64,000 bases of DNA from assembly GCA_963754925.1 (NCBI GenBank), contig CAVWHX010000004.1, forward strand, positions 1,184,001 to 1,248,000. Reading direction: 5' to 3'. Every line of letters begins with the position of its first letter. Position 1 is the first letter of the stretch. Below the pieces are notes generated by a model. That model was not told where the DNA came from, ran no database searches, and saw nothing but the letters and a program-made list of their open reading frames with translations. The stretch is from an uncultured delta proteobacterium. GTDB lineage: Bacteria; Myxococcota; B64-G9. Below, in pieces: positions 52,251 through 61,976 of the stretch. Both the position numbers and the translations under genes were made by a program.

Positions 52251-53470
52251 GTGAATATTCTTCTGGTTGCTGACGCTTATCCGCCCCAACTTTATTCAAT
52301 ATCTCTTATGATGCGGCAATTGGCAGAAGAGCTTGTCATAAAAGGAAATAAGGTTACAGTTGTCACGCCTTGGCCTAGGGACAATGTTACGAATGAAGCT
52401 AAACAAATTACATATAGTGAATCCTCGATGGAAAATGGTGTTCGTGTTGTCAGAGTTAAAACACTTCCTCTTCATAAAATAAACTTTATCGTTAGGGGCA
52501 TCTCGCAACTGCTATTGCCAAAACTATTTATAGACAGAATTAGAAAGTATTGTAAAGACAAAATTGATGTGGTGATAGTCTATTCTCCTCCTCTTCCCTT
52601 TGCCATATTAGGAGTAAAAATTAAGAAGATTTTTAGGGCAAGATATATTTTAAACATTCAAGACATATTTCCGCAGAACGCTATAGATCTTGGCATTATG
52701 AGGAATAGGCTGTTAATCAAGTATTTCGAGAAGATGGAACAAAAAGCGTATCATTTTGCAGACAAAGTAACATCGCACACAATTACAAGTAGAAAATTCT
52801 TGATTAATGAAAGAATATACCCCCGGAAAAGATTCATTACATTCCTAACTGGATAGACGTAGATCCATACGTGAAGAAAAGTGATAAAAAATTCTTCAGA
52901 AATAAATTGGGACTTGAGGGCAAATTCATTATTTTATTTGCAGGCGTAATGGGTCCTTCACAGGGGCTAGATCTAATTATTAAGACTGCTAACGAGGTCA
53001 GGAGTATAGAGGAAATATATTTTCTATTTGTAGGTGAAGGAATGGAGAAGGAAAGATTAATGAAATTGACTGAGAACTACTCACTCAGGAATGTCATATT
53101 TCATGATTTCATCTCACAAGAAATGTATCCTGAACTGACAAAAGAGGTCGATGTGGGTCTTATTTGTTTAAGTAATATGAATAAGACTCCAGTTGTACCG
53201 GGGAAGATATTGGGATATATGGCTGCATCTCTTCCAATAGTAGCATTGCTCAATAAAGAAAGTGACGGTCATTTGATGATAAAAGAGGCTGAATGTGGTT
53301 ATTCAATGGTGTCTGATGCTACCCCAGAGAAAGTAAAAGAAATGATTCTTAAAGTCTTTGCCGAAAAAGATAAATTGAAACAATTTGGGGAGAATGGGAA
53401 GAGGTACGTGAATAAATATTTTACTAAAAGAGTTTGTATAGGTAATCTAGTGAGATTGATGACAGATTGA
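52251..53470 (+). pseudogene. Family 4 glycosyltransferase (WbuB/WbjE-like), frameshift near 52810
   Basis: YPP, YSPPL and QDIFPQNA, then IPNW, AGVMGPSQGL and PGKILGYMA. Adding one A joins the ORFs. Confidence 0.85.
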
Positions 53471-53654
53471 GTGATTATATATATAGGAGTTTTTTAATTG
53501 AGGAAGATGGTTTTTTGGGTTCGGCAATCGAAAATCATAAAGTCAACAGACGGAAGAAAGATTGTTAGGGGAGAAGCTGTGTCCGAAAATAGGTCAGTCT
53601 GTCTAATTATAAGACACCTGGCAGAGCCTGGAAGGCATTCTATTGGAAGAACTT

Positions 53655-54761
53655 TTAACTAACTATACCTCGCCCATAAGTAGATAATAATATTCTCAGG
53701 AAATAAGCCGATAAGAACGAAACCACAATAATTGTCAGAAGCGATGATGGCATGAATTCGTGTGAGGTTAACCCAAGGTACCCGAAACATCGAGAGCAGA
53801 ACCCAATTACTATAATATGTATACAATATACGCCCAGAGTTAATTCAGCTAATTTTTGAATTATCCTTGCATAAATAGAAGTTTTTTTCACGAATAGTAT
53901 TGCAAATAGAAAAAACAAAGAAAAGGAACCCAATAAAACACCAAATCCCCCGTATCCGAAGGTCTTCAAGGTATCGCAGCTCCAAATCAAGTAGCCTATT
54001 ACTGCAAATACTATTATCAATAATGTCGAATACAATCTATTTTTAGATAAATAAGTGTAGTATCTTAATATAAATCCCAAAGAGAAGAAAGGAACGAATT
54101 CAATAAACCTACCCAGGGTAGCTTGCATATAATCATTAAATGTTGAAAATATGCTCCAATTAAATCCAGAATACTGGAGGAAGAAACTTACTGATATCAG
54201 TAATATGAGTAGCAAGGTATGATAACGTTCTTTGACCACATATGAGAATAAGATGTAAAAGCTAATGTTCAACCAAAGTAGATCGATAAGGTAATAGAGC
54301 GGCTGATTCACCACACAACCAAATAATAACTGATAGGTGATAACCTTAAAGGTTATAAAGTTTCTGTATTGAGTTATCCCATTGGTAGCACCTAGGATAT
54401 GAAAAGATGACAGAATATAAAATAAAGTTAGGTATACAAAGCTCCAGACAACCACTGGTTTATAAATGCGCCAACCTCTAGAGAGAAAGTGGGACTTTGA
54501 AAGGTTGGAATTAATAATATTAGGTGTCAGGTAGGCTGATAATATGAGAAAAACAGGAACAGCAAGATTCCTAAGATAAGCGAAAATTGGACTAATATCA
54601 ATTAGGTATTTATAACTATCTGCATGGTTGCCTATAACCAAGATCGTCAGGATTATTCGTAGAAGATCAAGTGAAATATACCTTTCTTTGGCAGATATCG
54701 TCTGCGTAGAGAATTGTCGAGAAAGATTTTCGTTATTCCTATGTTGATTCCTAAATTGCAT
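53655..54761 (-). CDS. Acyltransferase family 3 (OafA-like) membrane protein
   Basis: LDLLR-x-x-x-x-x-LVI-x-x-H, AVPVFLILSAY and TLGVYCIH motifs; about ten TM segments. Confidence 0.85.
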   Translation of the reverse strand: MQFRNQHRNNENLSRQFSTQTISAKERYISLDLLRIILTILVIGNHADSYKYLIDISPIFAYLRNLAVPVFLILSAYLTPNIINSNLSKSHFLSRGWRIYKPVVVWSFVYLTLFYILSSFHILGATNGITQYRNFITFKVITYQLLFGCVVNQPLYYLIDLLWLNISFYILFSYVVKERYHTLLLILLISVSFFLQYSGFNWSIFSTFNDYMQATLGRFIEFVPFFSLGFILRYYTYLSKNRLYSTLLIIVFAVIGYLIWSCDTLKTFGYGGFGVLLGSFSLFFLFAILFVKKTSIYARIIQKLAELTLGVYCIHIIVIGFCSRCFGYLGLTSHEFMPSSLLTIIVVSFLSAYFLRILLSTYGRGIVS

Positions 54762-54981
54762 TTTATTTCCAAGTAAGGCTATAAAAGCCAGGTGCCATTC
54801 TTATATTGAACAATTTTCCATCAACGGCACGTCGGAGTATATAACCCTTATTCTGAGTAACATCAACGTATTATTGACAACGTTTAAGATACATCGAATC
54901 TTTATAGACAAGTTGTCAATTTTGTTTTTTCGATGATACCAGCTTAGCGCTTGAGAGGTTTTTTTGTTGAAAAGGGTGTAA

Positions 54982-56112
54982 ATGGAAGATTTAGGTGGAT
55001 CAGTTTTATTGACGAACATTCTTGCCGGTGTCAAGCCTCTGGTAGCACCAACGAGAGCGTGGGACGAGCTTCCCTCCCTTGCATTGGCAAACCAGTTGAG
55101 TGGTTACGTGGAGCATTGCCTCAGAAGGATCCGCACTGCACCCGCTTCTATCCGGAAACACCTTCAAAAGGACCACAAAAGTATGGTTGCCTTGAACATT
55201 ATGTCAGATATAGTATTAAAGGAGGTTGGTTCGGCGTTAATAAAGGGCGGTGTTCGATTCCTTCCGCTCAAGGGAGCGGCGCTGCGGCACTTAGTCTATC
55301 CCGACCCGGCCTTCAGAAGCTCTGCTGACATTGACCTGCTTGTAATCCCCGGAGAACTACAGATAGCAGACGAAATCTTGCGGTCTGCCGGTTTTGAACG
55401 ACTTTTGTATCTACCTGGCAGGCCGGTGACAAGAGCAACATTTCACGAACGCGGATTTATCCACCGGAAGATCAAGAGCCCCGGATCGCTCATCGAAATA
55501 CATGACAGTCTCACGCAGCCGCAACGGTTCCAGATAGACGCTAGAGGTCTTTGGGCGCGTGCGTGGAATGTTGATCGGATGGAGAAAATGCTAAACAAGA
55601 AACTGGAGAATCTTCCGTTCCCTCGTGACACGTTATTTCTTTCGCCGGAAGATACTCTTATTCATCAGGTTATTCATAATACGGTCCACGTGTTCAACAT
55701 CCCGTTGCGTGCGATCCTCGACACTAAACTCATTATCGATAACTTGTCGCCCGATTGGAACGAGGTTATAAACCAGGCGCGAGCCGCGCGTGCGTCGATC
55801 TCTGCGTACTTCACCTTGAAGATCGCAAAGAATCTCCTAGCGGCAGATGTGCCCGACAACGTGCTTGATGCCCTTCGTCCGAGCAAGGTCCGTGAGAAAT
55901 GGCTATCTGTTTTCATTTCCGAAGAACCCGTCCGATCAACAACCCATCCTGAAGTGTTCTCCGGTTTCTTCCGGTTTGATGTAGGCCTTCGAGTTCAAGA
56001 AGCTCTCGTGGGTCTGGCACTTATTGATGGATTTGTTCAGCCAGCCACGTTTGCGCTTTCATACCTTGGACTAAGGATAGACGATCTTCTCGCGAGCTGG
56101 AATTCAGACTAG
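54982..56112 (+). CDS. Nucleotidyltransferase family protein (NTP_transf_5-like)
   Basis: LPLKGAAL-x-x-x-x-YP, R-x-x-ADIDLLV and IEIH motifs. Confidence 0.8.
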   Translation: MEDLGGSVLLTNILAGVKPLVAPTRAWDELPSLALANQLSGYVEHCLRRIRTAPASIRKHLQKDHKSMVALNIMSDIVLKEVGSALIKGGVRFLPLKGAALRHLVYPDPAFRSSADIDLLVIPGELQIADEILRSAGFERLLYLPGRPVTRATFHERGFIHRKIKSPGSLIEIHDSLTQPQRFQIDARGLWARAWNVDRMEKMLNKKLENLPFPRDTLFLSPEDTLIHQVIHNTVHVFNIPLRAILDTKLIIDNLSPDWNEVINQARAARASISAYFTLKIAKNLLAADVPDNVLDALRPSKVREKWLSVFISEEPVRSTTHPEVFSGFFRFDVGLRVQEALVGLALIDGFVQPATFALSYLGLRIDDLLASWNSD

Positions 56113-56232
56113 CTCGCCAACTCGCCGAGGTTTGAAAGCATTTTTGGAATGAACCGCGACCATAGTGTAGAATGATCACCGACGCAAGCTTCCAAAGGCC
56201 AGAACAGTCCTAATTTTTGAGGAAAGTATACC

Positions 56233-56982
56233 ATGGGCAAGTGGCAGGATAGATATATCGATCGATTCTATCGATCTCGCCCTGGTTGGGTCGACGGAAC
56301 AACAGAGTTTCACGCTCTCTGCCGCGCTACCATTTTGCCCGGAAGTCATATCCTCGAAATCGGGGCAGGCCCGACGAATTCGACATCAGCGTTTCTAGCG
56401 ACCGTCGGCTTAGTTGACGGGGTTGATATTGATGCTGCGGTCCTAAAGAACGAGCATCTGAAAAAGGCTGCGATTATTGAACGCGATCACTATCCATATC
56501 CTGATTCGGTGTTTGATGCTTGCGTATCCAATTATGTTCTCGAGCATGTCCAGGATCCGCTTGCTCATTTTCGTGAGGTCCGAAGGGTCCTCGTACCCGG
56601 TGGGTGCTATGTGTTTCGAACACCAAATAAGTTCTATTACGTAAGTCTGGTTGCACGCCTGACGCCTCATTGGTTTCACAAGCTTCTCGCGAATCCTCTC
56701 CGTAATTTACCCAAAGATCAGATTGATCCATACCCGACATACTACGCCTGTAACAGCCAAAAGGACGTGGCACGATTTGCGTTTCTGACGGACTTTACCG
56801 TTGAGCACCTAAGGCTAATCGAAAAGGAACCTTCGTATGGTATGCAAGCACGCCCACTGTTTCTTGGCATGATGGCATACGAGCGCTTGGTCAACTCAAC
56901 TGAGCGCTTGGCCGATTTACGTGCCAACCTACTAGTGGTGCTGAGACGGGTTGTGTCCGTTGGGGCATTCATGAGAACATGA
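56233..56982 (+). CDS. Class I SAM-dependent methyltransferase
   Basis: LEIGAG, FDA-x-x-x-x-YVLEHV, RVLVPGG and TPN motifs. Confidence 0.88.
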   Translation: MGKWQDRYIDRFYRSRPGWVDGTTEFHALCRATILPGSHILEIGAGPTNSTSAFLATVGLVDGVDIDAAVLKNEHLKKAAIIERDHYPYPDSVFDACVSNYVLEHVQDPLAHFREVRRVLVPGGCYVFRTPNKFYYVSLVARLTPHWFHKLLANPLRNLPKDQIDPYPTYYACNSQKDVARFAFLTDFTVEHLRLIEKEPSYGMQARPLFLGMMAYERLVNSTERLADLRANLLVVLRRVVSVGAFMRT

Positions 56983-59009
56983 CGCTATCTTTCATTATTT
57001 TTGTTATTGCAGCATCTATCGCTGCCGTACTTACGCCGTTTAGTCGTTGGGTGGCGGTTCGACTTGGTGCTGTTGATATTCCTGATCGACGGAAGATCCA
57101 CCGTGCACCAATGCCGCGCCTCGGTGGTGTCGCTATTCTGCTCGCTATTATCATACCCATTTTGGGATTGATGGTGGTGCAAGGTTCTCATTTTGGGAAG
57201 AACTATGGCATCAACCTTCAGCTGATAGTGTTGTTGTGCGGGGGTGTCGTAATTGCTTTCCTTGGTGCGGTTGATGATATCAAGGGAGTGCGTGCTGCCA
57301 TCAAGTTTTCACTGCAAGTTGTCTTGGCATTAGTGGCGTGGTTCGTTGGATTTAGATTTCAAAATATTGGTGTTCCTTTTTTGGGGCCCGTTCATCTGCC
57401 GATATGGATCGATCTGCCGGTCACTGTTTTATGGATTACGGGTATCATCAGCGCCATGAATATTGTTGATGGGTTGGATGGGTTAGCTGCGGGAATAGCA
57501 TTTTTTGTCTCAGCAACCAATTTTGTTATGGCGTATCGTTCTGGCAATGAATTGGGGATATTGTTCTCATCAACGATCGCGGGTTCGGTCATTGGTTTTT
57601 TATTGTTCAATTGGAATCCGGCTATCGTCTTCATGGGTGATATCGGTTCAATGTTCTTAGGATACATACTTGCTACTACTTCGATCATTACCAATCAAAA
57701 ATCGTCTACAGCAGTGGCTATGGTAGTGCCGGTTATTGCACTCGGTCTTCCGGTTATGGACACGCTGCTTTCAATCGTTCGGCGTTTTATTGAACGTCGG
57801 CCAATTTTTTCACCCGATAAGGGCCACTTACATCATCGGCTATTAAAAGCGGGATTTACCCAGCAAAAAGCCGTATTGACCCTTTATGCAATATCATTGA
57901 TATTTGCTGTTTCAGCTGTTGCTCTCACTGCGTTGCAAGACATAGAGACTGGGGTAATATTTGTAGTTCTCGCAGTTGCTACCATAACCATTATGCGTTT
58001 CACGGGCCTTTTCCAGCCCAAGAAAATTTTGCGAGCTTTCGGTAGGAACAGAATTGCAGAGCATCTGAGAGAAGGCATAGAAAAATTTTCTGTTGAAGTG
58101 ATAGAAGGGGCTAATTCAATAGATGATGTTTGGAATAAATTCGTTGACTTTTGTCGCAGCGCGGGATTTTACGAACTTGAATGGCGCACAGCCGGTATCA
58201 AACCATCGGATGCCAGGAATATAATACTCATAAATACCAATTCGGAAGATTATAAAAAAATCGCCGGTAAAGGAATACAAAGTGTCCGAACGACCGTGAC
58301 GTTTGATGCACCAGCCTTTTTCGATATCAAATTGAGGTTTCCCCAATCCCTTGGAAAGCTTGATCACGAGTTGAATGCAATGGTGCAATTGATCGGCGAA
58401 ATGATTGGATCATCGTTGCTTCAGCTCAGGGAGCGGGGGCTGTGGGTTGCAACAACAACGGCGAATACCGTCAATGCAAACGTGGAAAGCTCTATTCTGC
58501 ATGAGAATGAGGATACATCGAAGAAAATTCAATCTGATCGAGAAAGCATCTTAACAAAAGAACACCGGTTGGAAACATCAGTTGAATGTAATGATCCGGA
58601 TCACTTCGATTTGATACAAAACAATTCGTCCTCGGAAGGGTGTGTCAAATCATTGCACAATGATTCTTTTGAGGCCAATCCGATTTTTGACGATGCGTGG
58701 AAGAGATTTGTTGATATGTGTCGCGAACGCGGTTTTTATGGGGTCGGTTGGAAAACATACGGGGTCAAAGTTCCAGATTATCGAAAAATCATATTCAATG
58801 ACTCGGATACTCAAAGAAAAGTGATCAAATGGTCGGTATCGCTCAGCACGCTAGCTTTTGTCGAGCTGTGGTTTTCGTATCCTGGCAAAAACAAAAAGAA
58901 GTTCTCCCGTCAACTTAAAAAGGCCACGAAAAGCATTGCAACAGAAATAACAAAAAAGTTCGTCGGAATCTATCGGGAGGATGATGAGATGTTACACGAA
59001 AAACCATGA
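56979..59009 (+). CDS. wecA: WecA/MraY-family undecaprenyl-phosphate sugar-1-phosphate transferase with long C-terminal extension
   Basis: PRLGG, GAVDD, NIVDGLDGLA, FNWNPA, FMGDIGS and DKGHLHHRL motifs. Confidence 0.88.
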   Translation: MTLSFIIFVIAASIAAVLTPFSRWVAVRLGAVDIPDRRKIHRAPMPRLGGVAILLAIIIPILGLMVVQGSHFGKNYGINLQLIVLLCGGVVIAFLGAVDDIKGVRAAIKFSLQVVLALVAWFVGFRFQNIGVPFLGPVHLPIWIDLPVTVLWITGIISAMNIVDGLDGLAAGIAFFVSATNFVMAYRSGNELGILFSSTIAGSVIGFLLFNWNPAIVFMGDIGSMFLGYILATTSIITNQKSSTAVAMVVPVIALGLPVMDTLLSIVRRFIERRPIFSPDKGHLHHRLLKAGFTQQKAVLTLYAISLIFAVSAVALTALQDIETGVIFVVLAVATITIMRFTGLFQPKKILRAFGRNRIAEHLREGIEKFSVEVIEGANSIDDVWNKFVDFCRSAGFYELEWRTAGIKPSDARNIILINTNSEDYKKIAGKGIQSVRTTVTFDAPAFFDIKLRFPQSLGKLDHELNAMVQLIGEMIGSSLLQLRERGLWVATTTANTVNANVESSILHENEDTSKKIQSDRESILTKEHRLETSVECNDPDHFDLIQNNSSSEGCVKSLHNDSFEANPIFDDAWKRFVDMCRERGFYGVGWKTYGVKVPDYRKIIFNDSDTQRKVIKWSVSLSTLAFVELWFSYPGKNKKKFSRQLKKATKSIATEITKKFVGIYREDDEMLHEKP

Positions 59010-59018
59010 TTTAATTTC

Positions 59019-61745
59019 TTATTCCAAGGTCTCGGATCTCGACTCTTCGGGATGCTCTTCTCTAACATTTTTCTTACTTGCGTTCTTGTTTATATTCTTG
59101 TTTTTTCCCGTATCCTTTTCCTTATCCTGATTCTTCACCCACGTATTCCACATCGCCTGGTCTTTTTCAGACTGTCGTCTCTTTGAAATCTCGTCGATTT
59201 TTGCCTGCATTTCTTTTGGCTGATAACTTTCGAGTAGCAATTGGTTGTAGATCCGCTCGGCCTCATCCCCGTTTCCCATCCGCTCTTCCATCCTACCGAC
59301 ATCGAGTAAGTACGAAGGCGCACTCGGCATAAGGCTCGTGGCAACGCGATAGAAGCGACGAGCCTCAACGAACAATCCGCGCGACTCTTGAATGTGACCC
59401 AAGAGGGAATTGACCTGCGCTTGACTGCTGTCGTCGGTTGGAGCCAAGGCATGCAAACGGTTAGCGATGTCCTCAGCCTCGGTTATCTTGCCGTTTTTGA
59501 GATAGAAGTCGGTTAACTGAAACGCTAAAGGAAGACTTTCCGGCTCCAGTTCGAAACCGGTTTGCCAGACCTTGAAGGCTTTTTCGGTCTCGCCTTTGGC
59601 GAACAGGGCCCTGCCTTCAATGAGATACCCATAGTCATGTTGCGGTTCGGTATCGATCAACTTTTGCGCCGTTTCGACTGCGTCGTCGAGCTTCCCCTGA
59701 CTTAACAGCAATTCAGCGAGCAGGTCGAGAACGTCCACTCGGGTAACATTGAGATCAACAGCTTTACGGCAAGCCGTGACGGCTGCGTCAACCTTGCCAA
59801 GGGTCCTCAAAATACGGGCGGTAGTCAGTAATCCGTCGGCGTCTTGCGGCGTGATGCGAATGGCTGCGTCGGTTTCTTTGGTAAGCGTTAGCACCTCGGA
59901 CACCAACGTGCTGAGCTGGGTGCGGTCAGCCTCGGCCGAAGCCTGATATTCGCTGAATGCTTGTTCACGCTTGCCCGCGAAGAGTAACGCCCTGCCAATC
60001 AGGTGATGCGCGACCGCGGATCCGGGATCGAGGTATATCGCCCGGGCAAGCCAATGCACGCTCCTGTCGAATGCCGGAGGTTTGGCATTGAGAAAGGCCT
60101 TGCCGACGATGAGGGGAGCGAGATAGTCGCCCGGGTGGTGGCGCAGCAGGTTGCACGCGGCCTCGCCGAGAGCGTTGCCGACACACGGTTCGGCAGCGCC
60201 GGTTTCCGCCTGCGCCTCTATCTCCTGGGTCTCCCGCGAAAGAGCATGCGTGCCGGCAAACGGCGCCGCCAGAATGCCAATCGCGAGCGCGCCGGGTATG
60301 AGCGCACTGGCGAACCATTTAGGGATCCGCGGACGAATTTCAAAGGGAAGCGGCCCGCCGGCATGCGAAAAGGGACTGGCGCACAGCATCGCCAGGACTG
60401 CTATGAAGGGCATTGCCACGCCGCCGATTTCAAGATTGAAATCCACGAGGTTGTGGAGCGAGACAATAAACACGCCGGCTAAGCATCCACCCATCGAGAA
60501 AGACTCACGCGCGCGAAAGAGCGCCATAAAGACCGTACCCGCGAAGATCAGCAGGAACAATCCCCCGAAAATCGGCCCCCACTCAACCAGATTTTGGATT
60601 ACCTCGTTTTCAGGGTGCGTGAAGGTTGCTTCTGACGGAACTGACTTGTAGCGCGGATAGACCGAAGCAAAGGCGCCGCGGCCGATTCCAACGATTGGGT
60701 GATCAAGAATCATCGGCACGGTGCCCTTCCAGGCATTGAATTTCAATTCCTCGCGCACGGCGCTTAAGTTGCCGAGTGTTTTCAGCTCGCGGAGAATGGT
60801 GTCATACGCCAAATAGCTGGCCACGGTGAGCACCCCGACCGCGATAAGTTGTACCAGAACGGCACGGCGCAATTGGCGGGTACGACGGGTGGCGGCGAAG
60901 AAAACCAAAAAGATCATTCCAGCGGAAAAGGCTACTATTCCTCCCCGGGAGAGACTCATAAATACCCCGACGCCCATGATCAATCCGAAAAAACCGTAGA
61001 AGGCGCGATCCTGGCGTTCGCGCGCCGAAAAGGCAAGGCCAATGGCAACGGGGGCGCACAGTCCCAACAACCCGGCTAAGTGATTGGGATTTATGAACGT
61101 TGAAAAAAAGAAGGAACCGGGGGGAATTTGGCGGATGCCAAAGATCGCGTTGGCATCAAAAAGCTTGAAGAAAAATCCGATAAGGGTCACTGAAAATCCC
61201 GCCCAGACCAGGACCTTCATCAATCGCCGGGCACGCTGGCGGTCATTGAAATAATTTATAACGGTGAAGAAAACCAACGTATAGGAAACAAATTTCATAA
61301 GCTCAAGAGCAGTTGCCGGTGGATCCAGGCTGAGCGATAGCCATTGGCCGTCTCCCCACAATCCGGTTCCGCTGAGTACATAATCGTAGAGCCCTGCCGC
61401 GTTGGGATCAAGCAGGCGTAATAGAAATGGGGGCAGGGGCAGCGCCTGTATAAGAGTAAAGAGCGTGACGAGACCCAAGGCCAGGCCCATCGGGAAAACC
61501 AGAAACGAAGTTTGATGATTGCGGAAGAAACGGCGGACTACGAGGGCGGAGAATGCGACGAGCGATAGGCCAAACATGACGCAGATCGACCACAGGTCAA
61601 CCGTTCCAAAGGCAAGCGGGGTGAAAAAGACGAGCGCATAAATCGGCAGTTCGACCGCCAGACTTTGCTGGCCCGAGGTGAGTACCGCGGCCGCGTTTTC
61701 CGTCTTCCCCCGCGCCTCGCGGCGCTTACGTCGGATGTAAGGCAT
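59019..61745 (-). CDS. O-antigen ligase-like membrane protein fused to TPR repeats
   Basis: NPNHLAG, SLSRGG, GIGRGAF, HPEN and HNLVDFNL motifs, followed by a long TPR-like helical region. Confidence 0.88.
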   Translation of the reverse strand: MPYIRRKRREARGKTENAAAVLTSGQQSLAVELPIYALVFFTPLAFGTVDLWSICVMFGLSLVAFSALVVRRFFRNHQTSFLVFPMGLALGLVTLFTLIQALPLPPFLLRLLDPNAAGLYDYVLSGTGLWGDGQWLSLSLDPPATALELMKFVSYTLVFFTVINYFNDRQRARRLMKVLVWAGFSVTLIGFFFKLFDANAIFGIRQIPPGSFFFSTFINPNHLAGLLGLCAPVAIGLAFSARERQDRAFYGFFGLIMGVGVFMSLSRGGIVAFSAGMIFLVFFAATRRTRQLRRAVLVQLIAVGVLTVASYLAYDTILRELKTLGNLSAVREELKFNAWKGTVPMILDHPIVGIGRGAFASVYPRYKSVPSEATFTHPENEVIQNLVEWGPIFGGLFLLIFAGTVFMALFRARESFSMGGCLAGVFIVSLHNLVDFNLEIGGVAMPFIAVLAMLCASPFSHAGGPLPFEIRPRIPKWFASALIPGALAIGILAAPFAGTHALSRETQEIEAQAETGAAEPCVGNALGEAACNLLRHHPGDYLAPLIVGKAFLNAKPPAFDRSVHWLARAIYLDPGSAVAHHLIGRALLFAGKREQAFSEYQASAEADRTQLSTLVSEVLTLTKETDAAIRITPQDADGLLTTARILRTLGKVDAAVTACRKAVDLNVTRVDVLDLLAELLLSQGKLDDAVETAQKLIDTEPQHDYGYLIEGRALFAKGETEKAFKVWQTGFELEPESLPLAFQLTDFYLKNGKITEAEDIANRLHALAPTDDSSQAQVNSLLGHIQESRGLFVEARRFYRVATSLMPSAPSYLLDVGRMEERMGNGDEAERIYNQLLLESYQPKEMQAKIDEISKRRQSEKDQAMWNTWVKNQDKEKDTGKNKNINKNASKKNVREEHPEESRSETLE

Positions 61746-61849
61746 GTCGATTTTCTAACAAAAGATTTTTCAAAAAGCAATCATTCGATGACACCTAACA
61801 CTTTCACCTTGCCTCTCCCGCCAGCGAAGGTGTTGCAAAAGTCTCTGGA

Positions 61850-61920
61850 TGTCATTCCCACGGAAGCGGGAATCCAATCTTTTATAAGACTTCTGGACCC
61901 CCGCTTTTGCGGGGGTGACG
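61850..61920. repeat. Double-hairpin palindromic element (RPE4/REP-like, VIPAKAGIQ-type)
   Basis: GTCATTCCCACGGAAGCGGGAATCC ... CTGGACCCCCGCTTTTGCGGGGGTGAC. Confidence 0.75.
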
Positions 61921-61976
61921 TGTTTTTTAGATAAAGATTTACCACCCTCACCCAACCTCTCTGTAGTGCCCCCCAT

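Noticed and set aside
32682..56112. Lasso peptide cluster (AsnB-like plus nucleotidyltransferase)
   Set aside because: Both AsnB proteins have intact N-terminal Cys glutaminase domains; no precursor, B1/B2 or PqqD genes seen.
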